Positions 9,815 to 18,325 of a stretch of 64,000 nucleotides of DNA are shown one piece after another. Both the position numbers and the translations under genes were made by a program. This stretch comes from Anaeroplasmataceae bacterium (GTDB lineage Bacteria; Bacillota_I; Bacilli_A; Acholeplasmatales; Anaeroplasmataceae): contig JAIDZC010000021.1 in NCBI GenBank assembly GCA_029057785.1, positions 5,209 through 69,208 of the forward strand, written 5' to 3'. The notes below the pieces were generated by a model. That model was not told the DNA's origin. It did not search any database and saw only the letters and a program-made list of their open reading frames with translations. Positions within the stretch are counted from its first letter, which is position 1. Each line of letters begins with the position of its first letter.

Positions 9815-10093
9815 AGAATAATCAAATACAATAGATTCCTTTTCGATAAGGTATTGTTCCTTAGGTAGATTTATATTGAAATGTTGCTGATTTCTAGTGC
9901 AAGTCCTAACTCTTTTTTTTTATCATAGAGATAGTATATAATAAAAGGTTAGAAGCGCAAAGAATTTTTAAATTGATAAAATATTTATTTTTTCTTAATA
10001 AAAATGAAGAAAAGAGATGAAAAATAGTCAAATCTCGTAAAAAGTATCATTTTTATTGTTTTCTTATGAAAAATAGTGTATACTTATAGTGTC

Positions 10094-10208
10094 ATATTAA
10101 GGGGAGGCGATGAGCCTGAGAGGATAAGGATCTACCCTTAACCTGATCTAGGTAATGCTAGCGTAGGGAATAATATGAGTTAAATACATCTCATTTATAT
10201 TCTTTTTT
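10094..10208 (+). promoter_or_regulatory. TPP (THI-box) riboswitch with terminator expression platform
   Basis: Canonical THI-box: GGGGAGGC..CTGAGAG...ACCCTTAACCTGATCTAGGTAATGCTAGCGTAGGGAA. P1 pairs ATATTA (10093-10098) with TAATAT (10171-10176). A short hairpin plus TCTTTTTT (to 10208) lies directly upstream of thiT. Confidence 0.9.
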
Positions 10209-10253
10209 ATGCTTGTCCTAGTGGACATTTTTTTATTGAAAAAGGAGAAAGAA

Positions 10254-10934
10254 ATGAAAAAACAAAAATTTAGTACAAGAGTGCTTGCAGAAGTAGCTAT
10301 CTTTGCTGCCTTAGCCTTTGCACTCGACGCTCTTCAGAGTGGAATCTGGAGAGGAGTATTTGCAAGTGGAGGCTCAATCGGTCTTGCTATGGTACCCATA
10401 TTCTTGATTGGATATCGAAGAGGATTATTACCAGGAGTATTATGTGGTCTAATTGTCAGTCTTGTGCAAATGCTTGGTGGGATTTATGTAATCAATGCTA
10501 CCACCTTTGAAAACGCGTTTTTACGCGTTATGGGACCATTTTTACAGGTGATGCTGGATTATGTACTTGCTTATACTGTAGTTGGTCTAGCTGGCGCTTT
10601 TGCTGGAATTTATGCTTCTTGCGAAAAAAGAAGTAAAAAGATTTTGTGGATGATTGTTGGTTGTGTTATTGCAGGCCTTTTGAAGTATGCATGTCATGTA
10701 GTAGCTGGAGGAGTATTTTGGTTAAATCAGGGATCTAGCTTTATGAATATTGCAGATACTTCATGGCTTTATTCCTTCATTTATAATGGAGCATACTGTA
10801 TCCCTAATATCATCATTTGTACAGCTATAATGGTTGTATTAGTTCGCTTTTATCCACAGTTTATTGAAGTAAGTGAAAAAGTTATAAAACAAGAAGTGGA
10901 GGTTGTAATAGATGAATCAGTTAAAGAAGAATAG
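10254..10934 (+). CDS. thiT: thiamine ECF-transporter S component ThiT
   Basis: Six-TM protein directly behind the TPP riboswitch, with typical ThiT N-terminus (STRVLAEVAIFAALAFALD). AAAGGAG SD before ATG 10254. Confidence 0.8.
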   Translation: MKKQKFSTRVLAEVAIFAALAFALDALQSGIWRGVFASGGSIGLAMVPIFLIGYRRGLLPGVLCGLIVSLVQMLGGIYVINATTFENAFLRVMGPFLQVMLDYVLAYTVVGLAGAFAGIYASCEKRSKKILWMIVGCVIAGLLKYACHVVAGGVFWLNQGSSFMNIADTSWLYSFIYNGAYCIPNIIICTAIMVVLVRFYPQFIEVSEKVIKQEVEVVIDESVKEE

Positions 10935-11340
10935 TGAGCTTATTAAAAGAATTCTAATCATTCTTTTAGCAGTTGTTCTTATGGCAGCAGCTATTACTTT
11001 ATTTTCGTTAAGTTTAGAGGTTTATGAGGGTGGCTTTGATGCAGATATGGATTCTATTGTGTTGTTTTTCTGTGGAGTAGCCCTTCTAGTTTACGGAATT
11101 TACAGTGTATATGCACTTAAAAAAGGATGCTCTCTTCAAACGATGTATTATGGTTCCTTTGGAGCAATTTCAGTACTTATGGGGTTTTATCCTTTAGGAG
11201 TATTCTTTAAAGCAATGGCAAAGAAAAAACCTTTTGTAGAAAATCAAGAATATCTATATATAGGTATTCTAGGTATTGTTATGATAGTTTATTTAATATT
11301 TAGCTATATTAGTGAGCAAAAAGAAGATACTCAAGCGTAA
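10912..11340 (+). CDS. hypothetical membrane protein (4 predicted TM helices)
   Basis: 142-aa hydrophobic ORF overlapping the thiT end by 23 nt. No recognisable motif. Confidence 0.5.
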   Translation: MNQLKKNSELIKRILIILLAVVLMAAAITLFSLSLEVYEGGFDADMDSIVLFFCGVALLVYGIYSVYALKKGCSLQTMYYGSFGAISVLMGFYPLGVFFKAMAKKKPFVENQEYLYIGILGIVMIVYLIFSYISEQKEDTQA

Positions 11341-11366
11341 GGCTTGAGTTTTTTTTCTTATAAAAA

Positions 11367-11387
11367 AGAAGAGGAAATTCCTCTTCT
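11367..11387 (-). terminator. terminator after mscL (bidirectional hairpin)
   Basis: AGAAGAGG-AAATT-CCTCTTCT hairpin, with a T6 run on the - strand side. Confidence 0.6.
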
Positions 11388-11390
11388 AAT

Positions 11391-12005
11391 TTATTCTGTT
11401 TCTTTTTTAGTCTTAGTAGTCTTAGCCTTTGAAGTAGTTTTCTTAGGTGTAGTCTCTTTCACCTTTAAGCTATCACGAATTTCTTCAAGTAGAACAACTA
11501 CAGGATCTTTAACTGGCTCCACCACTTCCTCAACTGCTTCAGCAGCTGCCTCTTCAACTACAGCTTCAGCTTGAGCCTGCTCCTCATCAGCTTTTTTAGC
11601 TTTTAAGCTTTCTTCAAATGCTTTACGTTTAGCACTTAAGGTTGAGAATACCTTTAAAATGATGAATAGTGTTAAAGCAATAAAGAAGAAGTTTAAGATA
11701 GATTCAATGAATGCACTCCAGTCAATATAGTTTAAAACCGTATAAGCTTTTCCGTTTGGACCTAAAATAACTGCATCTGCAGCTGTGCTTGCATCAGCTA
11801 GCTTTGAGTTAGGTAATATGGTGTATAGACCAGAAGACATTCCTGGAATGTGAGAAAGACCCCAATTTACAACTGGCATTAAAATGCTTTTGTTTAAAGT
11901 AGTAACGATTGTATTAAATGCACCACCAACGATAACGCCGACAGCCATATCAAGAACGTTGCCACGTAAAATGAAAGCCTTAAATTCTTGAATTAACTTT
12001 TTCAT
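11391..12005 (-). CDS. mscL: large-conductance mechanosensitive channel MscL (extended form)
   Basis: N-terminus KEFKAFILRGNVLDMAVGVIVGGAF is the MscL signature. GGAGGG SD before ATG 12005. 204 aa, with a long loop and an acidic/Lys-Thr-rich C-terminal tail. Confidence 0.88.
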   Translation of the reverse strand: MKKLIQEFKAFILRGNVLDMAVGVIVGGAFNTIVTTLNKSILMPVVNWGLSHIPGMSSGLYTILPNSKLADASTAADAVILGPNGKAYTVLNYIDWSAFIESILNFFFIALTLFIILKVFSTLSAKRKAFEESLKAKKADEEQAQAEAVVEEAAAEAVEEVVEPVKDPVVVLLEEIRDSLKVKETTPKKTTSKAKTTKTKKETE

Positions 12006-12136
12006 ATTTCCCTCCATTTTTATTTTCTAGTACAATTATAGACAAATTTTGCCTAAAAGTAAAGGGATAAGAAATTTTTATGAGAAAAAAGAAGAAAACT
12101 AGACAAAATTATGGTATAATTGAATTGGTGATTGCA

Positions 12137-13051
12137 ATGAAAAAAATTGATGTTCATACTCATTTGATAGGAAATATCTGTGGGATAGGATCTGAAGGAG
12201 AGCTGACGCCTATTGGCAGTGGAAAAGCTGTCTATGCAAGTGGCAAGGTCATTCAACTTATTCCAGAAAAATATGGAGATAGAAGCCTTACTCCAGAGAT
12301 ATTGGTATCTGTTTTAAGGGAAAATGATGTAGAATTTTCTGTGTGCTTACAAGGAAATTATGCAGGGTTTCAAAATATTTATACCTATGAAGCAGCTTTA
12401 AAATATCCTGATATGCTTATTCCAGCTGGAACATACGATCCCTTTTTTAGAAACAAACAGCTTGTAATCAAGCATTTATTTGAGGATTTGGGAATCAAGG
12501 TTTTAAAAATGGAAGTTTCTAATGGTTCTGGACTTATGGCGAATCATTCAACTGTTGATTTAAATGGTGAAGTTATGCACGAGGTATATCAAATGGCTAA
12601 GGAGCATCATCTCATCTGTTTTATGGATATTGGGCGACCTGGGAACAACTGTTATCAGGTTGAAGCTTTGAGCAAAGCAATCAAAAAATATCCTGAGGTG
12701 ACCTTTATTATCTGTCATCTCACAGCTCCTCAACATGAACAAATGCATATATTAGAAGAAAACTTAAAACTTTTAAATTTAGAAAATGTCTATTTTGATA
12801 TTGCAAGCCTTCCGAATAATACAAAACAGCCCTATCCTTTCTTTGAAGCTCAAAGCTATATTCGTAAGGCCTTAGATATGATGGGAATCAATAAAATTTT
12901 ATGGGGAAGTGATTTTCCTGCAGCAATGAATTACTGTAGCTATGAGGAAGCCTATAGCTATATAGAGGATAGTAAGCTATTTACACAAGAAGAGAAAGAA
13001 CATATCTTATATAAAAATGCTAAGATGCTTTTCGGAGGATTGCTCAAGTGA
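12137..13051 (+). CDS. amidohydrolase-family (TIM-barrel metal-dependent hydrolase) protein
   Basis: N-terminal IDVHTHL metal-binding motif and C-terminal WGSDFP, typical of the Amidohydrolase_2 family. Start taken at ATG 12137. Confidence 0.75.
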   Translation: MKKIDVHTHLIGNICGIGSEGELTPIGSGKAVYASGKVIQLIPEKYGDRSLTPEILVSVLRENDVEFSVCLQGNYAGFQNIYTYEAALKYPDMLIPAGTYDPFFRNKQLVIKHLFEDLGIKVLKMEVSNGSGLMANHSTVDLNGEVMHEVYQMAKEHHLICFMDIGRPGNNCYQVEALSKAIKKYPEVTFIICHLTAPQHEQMHILEENLKLLNLENVYFDIASLPNNTKQPYPFFEAQSYIRKALDMMGINKILWGSDFPAAMNYCSYEEAYSYIEDSKLFTQEEKEHILYKNAKMLFGGLLK

Positions 13052-14175
13052 ATGGAGTCTATATCCATATTCCATTTTGTAATTCCATCTGTTCTTATTG
13101 TGATTTTCCAAAACAAGTAGCCAAAGAAGAGGTAAAAGAAAAGTATTTAGAAAGCTTACTTAAAGAATTATCCGCGTATGAAAATGAAGATTGGTTTAAA
13201 GAATGGTCCAAAAAGACAGAAAGTGTATATATAGGTGGTGGAACACCTAATAGCTTGAATCTTCTTCAACTTGAACAACTATTGAAGGCTTTAGAACCTT
13301 ATTTAGGAACCTCTAAGGAAAATACGATTGAAATCAATCCAGAGCTCTTAACAGTATCTCAGGTTAAGCTATTTAAGAAATATAATATCAATCGAGTGAG
13401 TATAGGGGTACAAACCTTTGATGCAGCATTAATTGAAAGCATTAGGAGAAATCATACTGAAGAAATAGTATATGAGGCAGTGAAGCTCCTTAAAAATGAA
13501 GGAATCTCAAATATCAATATAGATATGATGTATGGTCTTCCAGGGCAAACTATGAAAGAGTTAAAAGAAGATGTTAAGAAGGTTTTAAAGCTAAAGGTAC
13601 CTCATCTTTCTTATTATAGTTTGATTTTAGAAGAAAAAACCATTTTGGCTTATCAAATGAAACATACTCAAATTACTCTTCCTGATGATGATTTAGTCGT
13701 GGATATGGCCAATTATTTGACCAAAAAACTGAAAATGAGGCAGTTTAGGCACTATGAAATCAGTAATTATGCTAAAAAAGGCTATGAATCGATACATAAT
13801 TTAGGATATTGGAATTGTGAGGAATACATTGGCCTAGGAGCAAGTGCTTGTGGCTATTTTTACAATAAAAGAATTCAAAATGCTGCTTCCTTACATTATT
13901 ATTATGAGGGCAAGAAAACAGAAACGTATATTTCTGAACGCGAACAGAAGCAGGAATTCATGATGTTAGGGTTAAGAAAGCTTAAGGGAATTCGTATAAG
14001 TGAGTATTACTCGAGATTTAAAACATATCCAAAAGATGATTTTGACCTTGATTATTTATATAAGAATGAGTTAATTGAAGAGAAAAACAACTTCATTCGA
14101 ATAAAACAGGATAAAATATGGTTAGGAAATCTTGTGTTTGAAACTTTTGTAGGGGGTGACGAGGTTGAAGGATAG
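13048..14175 (+). CDS. hemW: radical SAM heme chaperone HemW (HemN-like)
   Basis: YIHIPFCNSICSYCDF (CxxxCxxC radical-SAM cluster), 375 aa. GTG start overlaps the previous stop. Confidence 0.88.
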   Translation: MNGVYIHIPFCNSICSYCDFPKQVAKEEVKEKYLESLLKELSAYENEDWFKEWSKKTESVYIGGGTPNSLNLLQLEQLLKALEPYLGTSKENTIEINPELLTVSQVKLFKKYNINRVSIGVQTFDAALIESIRRNHTEEIVYEAVKLLKNEGISNINIDMMYGLPGQTMKELKEDVKKVLKLKVPHLSYYSLILEEKTILAYQMKHTQITLPDDDLVVDMANYLTKKLKMRQFRHYEISNYAKKGYESIHNLGYWNCEEYIGLGASACGYFYNKRIQNAASLHYYYEGKKTETYISEREQKQEFMMLGLRKLKGIRISEYYSRFKTYPKDDFDLDYLYKNELIEEKNNFIRIKQDKIWLGNLVFETFVGGDEVEG

Positions 14176-15094
14176 AGAAGTTAGCTTTTATGAGTTTTCA
14201 GATTTTAGATATCACTTGCAAACGGATAAGCGACTAAGCTCAAATACAGTTTCTGCCTATATGACAGATTTAGAGCTATACGGAGAGTTTCTAGTGAAAT
14301 ATCAAAATTTAAGAGATATTACAATGGTGAATGAGGATCATATAAATAAATATATAGCCTCTTTAAAGCGTGCAAATATGTCAAAACAGACTATTTCAAG
14401 GAAAATTATTGCAATTAAGGAATTTCATAAGTTTTTATATTCTGAAAAAATATCAGATGAAGATCCTGCCAAATTTATTGATTTACCGAAGCCATCCAAG
14501 CCTTTACCAGTGGTTTTAAGTAAGGATGAGATTAACCGAATGCTAGAATCTATTGAAACAGATACACCACTCGGTCTTAGAAATAAGGCGATGATAGAGA
14601 CACTTTATGCCTCAGGCTTACGTATTAGCGAGTTAGTTGGTTTAAGCACTGCGGATATTCATTTAAGAGAAAAGTATATTGTTGTGGTAGGAAAAGGTAA
14701 TAAGGAGCGTATGGTCCCTTTAGGGGATATGGCGGTACTGGCTTTAAGAAATTACATTGAAAAAGGAAGACCGTTCCTTTCTAAGAAGCCTGGAAATACA
14801 TTATTTTATAATTATCAGGGAAATTCTATATCTAGACAATCTTTATATAAATACATTGTAAAACTTGCGAAGGACAATGGCATAGAAAAGGAGATTTCTC
14901 CTCACACCATACGTCATAGCTTTGCAACACATCTACTTGAGGGTGGTACAGATTTGCGAATTGTTCAGGAGCTTTTAGGCCATGAGGATATCTCAACCAC
15001 TCAAATTTATACACACATTGATCGATTAAGGCTGAAGGAAATGTATGAGCATACACACCCTTTAGCATTAAAAAATAAAAAAGAAGGAGAATAG
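14156..15094 (+). CDS. xerD: site-specific tyrosine recombinase XerD
   Basis: C-terminal HTIRHSFATHLLEGGTDLRIVQELLGHEDISTTQIYTHI (R..HxxR..Y catalytic signature of XerC/D). Sits next to deoB, which I recall as the B. subtilis ripX arrangement. TTG 14165 is an alternative start. Confidence 0.85.
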   Translation: MTRLKDREVSFYEFSDFRYHLQTDKRLSSNTVSAYMTDLELYGEFLVKYQNLRDITMVNEDHINKYIASLKRANMSKQTISRKIIAIKEFHKFLYSEKISDEDPAKFIDLPKPSKPLPVVLSKDEINRMLESIETDTPLGLRNKAMIETLYASGLRISELVGLSTADIHLREKYIVVVGKGNKERMVPLGDMAVLALRNYIEKGRPFLSKKPGNTLFYNYQGNSISRQSLYKYIVKLAKDNGIEKEISPHTIRHSFATHLLEGGTDLRIVQELLGHEDISTTQIYTHIDRLRLKEMYEHTHPLALKNKKEGE

Positions 15095-15097
15095 AAA

Positions 15098-16273
15098 ATG
15101 TTTAAAAGAGTATTTTTAGTTGTTATGGACTCTGTAGGGTGCGGAACAGCCCCTTTGAGTCATTTATATGGAGATGATGGAGCAAATACCATATCTCATA
15201 TTGCAAAGGCCACAAATGGTATTAATTTACCTACCCTAGAGTCCTTTGGTTATGGTAATTTAACAGACATTCAAGGTGTTAAACCAAATTCAAACCCAAT
15301 TGCCTATTATGGTAAAGCAGATGAGCTTTCTACAGGTAAGGACACAATGACAGGACATTTTGAAATGGTAGGAATACATACTACACAACCATTTAAAACC
15401 TTCACAGATACCGGATTTCCAAAGGAATTGATTGACCTATTAGAAAGTAAAACAGGTCATAAAATCATTGGTAATAAGGCAGCTAGTGGTACTGAAATTT
15501 TAAAGGAATTAGGAGAAGAACACATTAAAACAGGTGCAATGATTGTCTATACATCTGCAGATAGTGTACTTCAAATTGCTTGTCATGAAACCTATTTCGG
15601 ACTTGAGGAGCTATATCGCTGTTGTAAAATTGCAAGAGAAATTTGCTTAGATGAGAAATATAAGGTGGGTCGTATTATTGCAAGACCATTCCTTGGCGAA
15701 ACAAAAGACACCTTTAAGCGTACTCCTAATCGTCATGATTATGCATTATCTCCAGCTCATGAAACGACTCTAGATGCCCTAAAAGAGGCCAAATTTGATG
15801 TTATTTCCATTGGAAAGATAAATGATATATTCAATACCTGTGGCATCACAGAAGCCTTTAAAAGCGTTTCTAACCACAATGGAATGGAAATACTAAATGA
15901 AGTTGCAAAAAAAGATTTCACAGGCTTATGCTTTGTAAATCTAGTTGACTTTGACGCATTATACGGACATCGAAGAGATGCAGTTGGTTATAAGGAATGT
16001 TTGGAGGAATTTGATAGAGATTTGGCAACCTTTTTACCACTGATGAAAGATGACGATTTACTTATGATTACGGCAGATCATGGAAATGATCCAACCTGGA
16101 CAGGAACAGATCATACAAGAGAATATGTACCTATTTTTGTATATGGAAAAACTCTAAAATCTGGTAACCTTGGAACACGCAAAACATTTGCTGATTTAGG
16201 TCAAACAATTGCCTCTAATTTTGGTGTTGAATTACAGCATATAGGCACAAGTTTTTTAAAGGATTTAAAGTGA
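15098..16273 (+). CDS. deoB: phosphopentomutase
   Basis: 391 aa with typical DeoB blocks (VMDSVG, GKDTMTGHFE, TADHGNDPT). Confidence 0.95.
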   Translation: MFKRVFLVVMDSVGCGTAPLSHLYGDDGANTISHIAKATNGINLPTLESFGYGNLTDIQGVKPNSNPIAYYGKADELSTGKDTMTGHFEMVGIHTTQPFKTFTDTGFPKELIDLLESKTGHKIIGNKAASGTEILKELGEEHIKTGAMIVYTSADSVLQIACHETYFGLEELYRCCKIAREICLDEKYKVGRIIARPFLGETKDTFKRTPNRHDYALSPAHETTLDALKEAKFDVISIGKINDIFNTCGITEAFKSVSNHNGMEILNEVAKKDFTGLCFVNLVDFDALYGHRRDAVGYKECLEEFDRDLATFLPLMKDDDLLMITADHGNDPTWTGTDHTREYVPIFVYGKTLKSGNLGTRKTFADLGQTIASNFGVELQHIGTSFLKDLK

Positions 16274-17445
16274 TGGAAAACTTTCAATATTATACTCCAA
16301 CAAAAATCTTTTTTGGTCGTGAAGAAGAGAAAAAAATTGGAGAGATTTTAACTGAATTTCATGCTAAAAAAGTTCTGGTTCATTATGGGAAAAACTCTGT
16401 AATAAAAAGCGGTCTTTTAGATACTATTAAGGCTTGCTTAAAAAAATATCAAATTGATTTTTTAGAGTTTGGAGGAGTAGAACCAAATCCGAAATTATCT
16501 CTAGTTGAAGATGGAATCCACCTTGTAAAATCAGAAGGCGTGGATTTCATATTAGCAATTGGTGGAGGGTCAGTCATTGACTCTGCAAAATCGATTGCTG
16601 TAGGCGCGCTTGTAGAGCATTCCACTTGGTTATTTTCTACCCATAAAATGACCCCTAAAAAGGCAATTCCAGTTGGGGTAATTTTGACCCTTGCAGCAAG
16701 TGGTTCAGACATGTCTGATTCCTGTGTTATTACGAATGATAAAACTAAAGAAAAAAGAGGGTTTAATAGTCCTTTAAATAGACCCAAATTTGCGATACTA
16801 AATCCGGAATTAACTTATACAGTTTCACCCTATCAAACGGCATGTGGAATTGTAGATATAATGATGCATACATTAGAAAGATTTATATCCAGTGGAGAAC
16901 CTAGTGAACCTACGGATTCAATAGCGATTGGATTATTAAAATCAGTATATCGTGCTGGTCAAGTTGTCATAAAGCATCCTGAGGACTATGACGCAAGAGC
17001 TACATTATTATGGGCAAACAGCTTGTCTCACAATGGCTTAACTTCCTGTGGAAGAAATTTTGTTATGTCAGTGCATCAGTTAGAACATGAGGTTAGTGGA
17101 ATGTTTGACAATGTGGCACACGGAGCTGGACTTGCGGCATTATGGCCTGCCTGGGCTAAGTTTGCTTATCCAAATGCAAAGACTCGATTTGAGCGATTTG
17201 TTTATGAAGTTTTAGAGATTGAACGTACCGATTCTTTAAATCAAGATATATTAAAAGGAATTAATAAGTTTAAAGATTTTTTTAAAAAGTTGGGAATGCC
17301 AACCAGTTTAAAAGAGTTAAATATAACAGAAGATGATATTGAAAAATTAGCTTTAAATGTCACCTTCAATCATACAAGAATTATAAAAGACGTAATAGAA
17401 ATCGACGAGGCAATGGCCTTGAAAATCTATCGTGAAGCTCTCTAA
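16273..17445 (+). CDS. iron-containing alcohol dehydrogenase (butanol-dehydrogenase-like)
   Basis: GGGSVIDSAK motif and His-rich metal site region. ATG 16273 overlaps the deoB stop (TGATG). Confidence 0.88.
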   Translation: MENFQYYTPTKIFFGREEEKKIGEILTEFHAKKVLVHYGKNSVIKSGLLDTIKACLKKYQIDFLEFGGVEPNPKLSLVEDGIHLVKSEGVDFILAIGGGSVIDSAKSIAVGALVEHSTWLFSTHKMTPKKAIPVGVILTLAASGSDMSDSCVITNDKTKEKRGFNSPLNRPKFAILNPELTYTVSPYQTACGIVDIMMHTLERFISSGEPSEPTDSIAIGLLKSVYRAGQVVIKHPEDYDARATLLWANSLSHNGLTSCGRNFVMSVHQLEHEVSGMFDNVAHGAGLAALWPAWAKFAYPNAKTRFERFVYEVLEIERTDSLNQDILKGINKFKDFFKKLGMPTSLKELNITEDDIEKLALNVTFNHTRIIKDVIEIDEAMALKIYREAL

Positions 17446-17457
17446 ATTCATCTTGTT

Positions 17458-17487
17458 AGATAGTCCTTAAAGGGCTATCTTTTTTTA
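17458..17487 (+). terminator. intrinsic terminator after the adh gene
   Basis: AGATAGTCC-TTAAA-GGGCTATCT hairpin followed by T7. Confidence 0.7.
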
Positions 17488-17936
17488 TGTAAAAAAATTA
17501 ATTTCAAAGTTTAACTAGTTTTTAAAACTAAATAAAAGTATATAATAAACAATACCATAAGTTATAAAAAAATAGATAAAATTAAAAACAAATTATACAT
17601 AAATAATGTCACATTTGTATGTATACTAAAAGTGTAAAAAATACAGGATCATAACCTGGCAAACTGAAATCACAATTGAAGATTGGGCGTGATGCTCAGA
17701 ATTTGAAGTAAAAAAAGGTCGTTTTTTTAGCTTTTATAATATGAATAATCCATGTAGAAATCATGCGAAAAATAGACATCGAAAAATGGGATATTTTATA
17801 TTAAAAAATTAAGAGCGTAAAAATGCGTCTGTGGTTTTGACACATTAGTCTAAAATACCTAAAAAAGCAGTAATCCACAAATTACGTGCTTTTCCACACA
17901 TAATCAATATTTCGCAGAATTTCAACGTATTTTAAT

Positions 17937-17964
17937 GGTTAACATAATATATATTATAGGAAGT
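17937..17964 (-). other. dif: dif (XerC/XerD chromosome dimer resolution site)
   Basis: - strand reads ACTTCCTATAA-TATATA-TTATGTTAACC, matching 25/28 positions of B. subtilis dif as recalled. Located at the coding-strand polarity switch in an 880-bp gene-free spacer. Confidence 0.8.
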
Positions 17965-18325
17965 AATTTACGTTTCGAAAAAGGGCTTCTTTGCGTTTGA
18001 AAAATATATTCATCTATATTCTTGATGGTATTTTTTGACCAATATTCAGCATATTCAGGAGATTAAACACACTCATTATTATAGAATTGATGTAGTTTGA
18101 CAAAGAAACCTAAATTATATTAGCCATCGACAAATCATTTTATGGGTGTTTATCCACTTTACTGTCTAAAATCCTCATATTCATGGGTTTTGCCTCTTCT
18201 TTTGTATTGTCGAAAAAAAATACCTCTCTTCCTCTTCTCTTTTGGAAAATGGGGGATTTCGTTTTGCCTTTCATTAGCAGAGTCGAACGCGTCCTGCCAA
18301 AAATAAAAAGGAAGATTGATCTTCC

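Noticed and set aside
11344-11574. 76-aa + strand ORF (Ser/Thr/Ala-rich) after the thiT-adjacent membrane gene
   Set aside because: It is the antisense shadow of the acidic/Ala-rich MscL tail, begins inside the terminator hairpin, and has no SD.
14156-15094. Tyrosine recombinase considered as a possible mobile-element integrase
   Set aside because: The full XerC/D-type C-terminal signature is present. The gene is embedded in the conserved hemW-xerD-deoB housekeeping context with overlapping cistrons, and there are no flanking repeats or cargo genes.
17610-17640. TGTATGTATACTAAAAGTG, vaguely similar to the B. subtilis RTP Ter core (TATGTACTAAAT)
   Set aside because: It needs a 2-nt insertion to align, there is only one copy, and RTP/Ter is to my knowledge restricted to Bacillus relatives. 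No rtp-like gene is in the window.
17836-18160. Cluster of DnaA-box-like 9-mers on one strand: TAATCCACA (17871-17879), TTTTCCACA (17890-17898) and TTATCCACT (18150-18158), each 8/9 to TTATCCACA, plus a weaker TGTGGTTTT (17830-17838). This raised the question of an origin of replication.
   Set aside because: Genes converge on this spacer, whereas an origin would show divergence. A near-consensus dif lies in the middle, and there is no dnaA/dnaN. 8/9 matches are not rare in AT-rich DNA, with roughly 20 expected in the whole window by my composition estimate. It could still be a non-origin DnaA-box cluster, but the evidence is too thin.
18268-18300. GC-rich patch GCAGAGTCGAACGCGTCCTGCC resembling a tRNA T-arm (GTTCGA) fragment, considered as a possible att remnant
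   Set aside because: No acceptor, anticodon or D-arm can be built around it. The putative T-stem does not pair with a 7-nt loop, and no repeat of it occurs elsewhere in the window.
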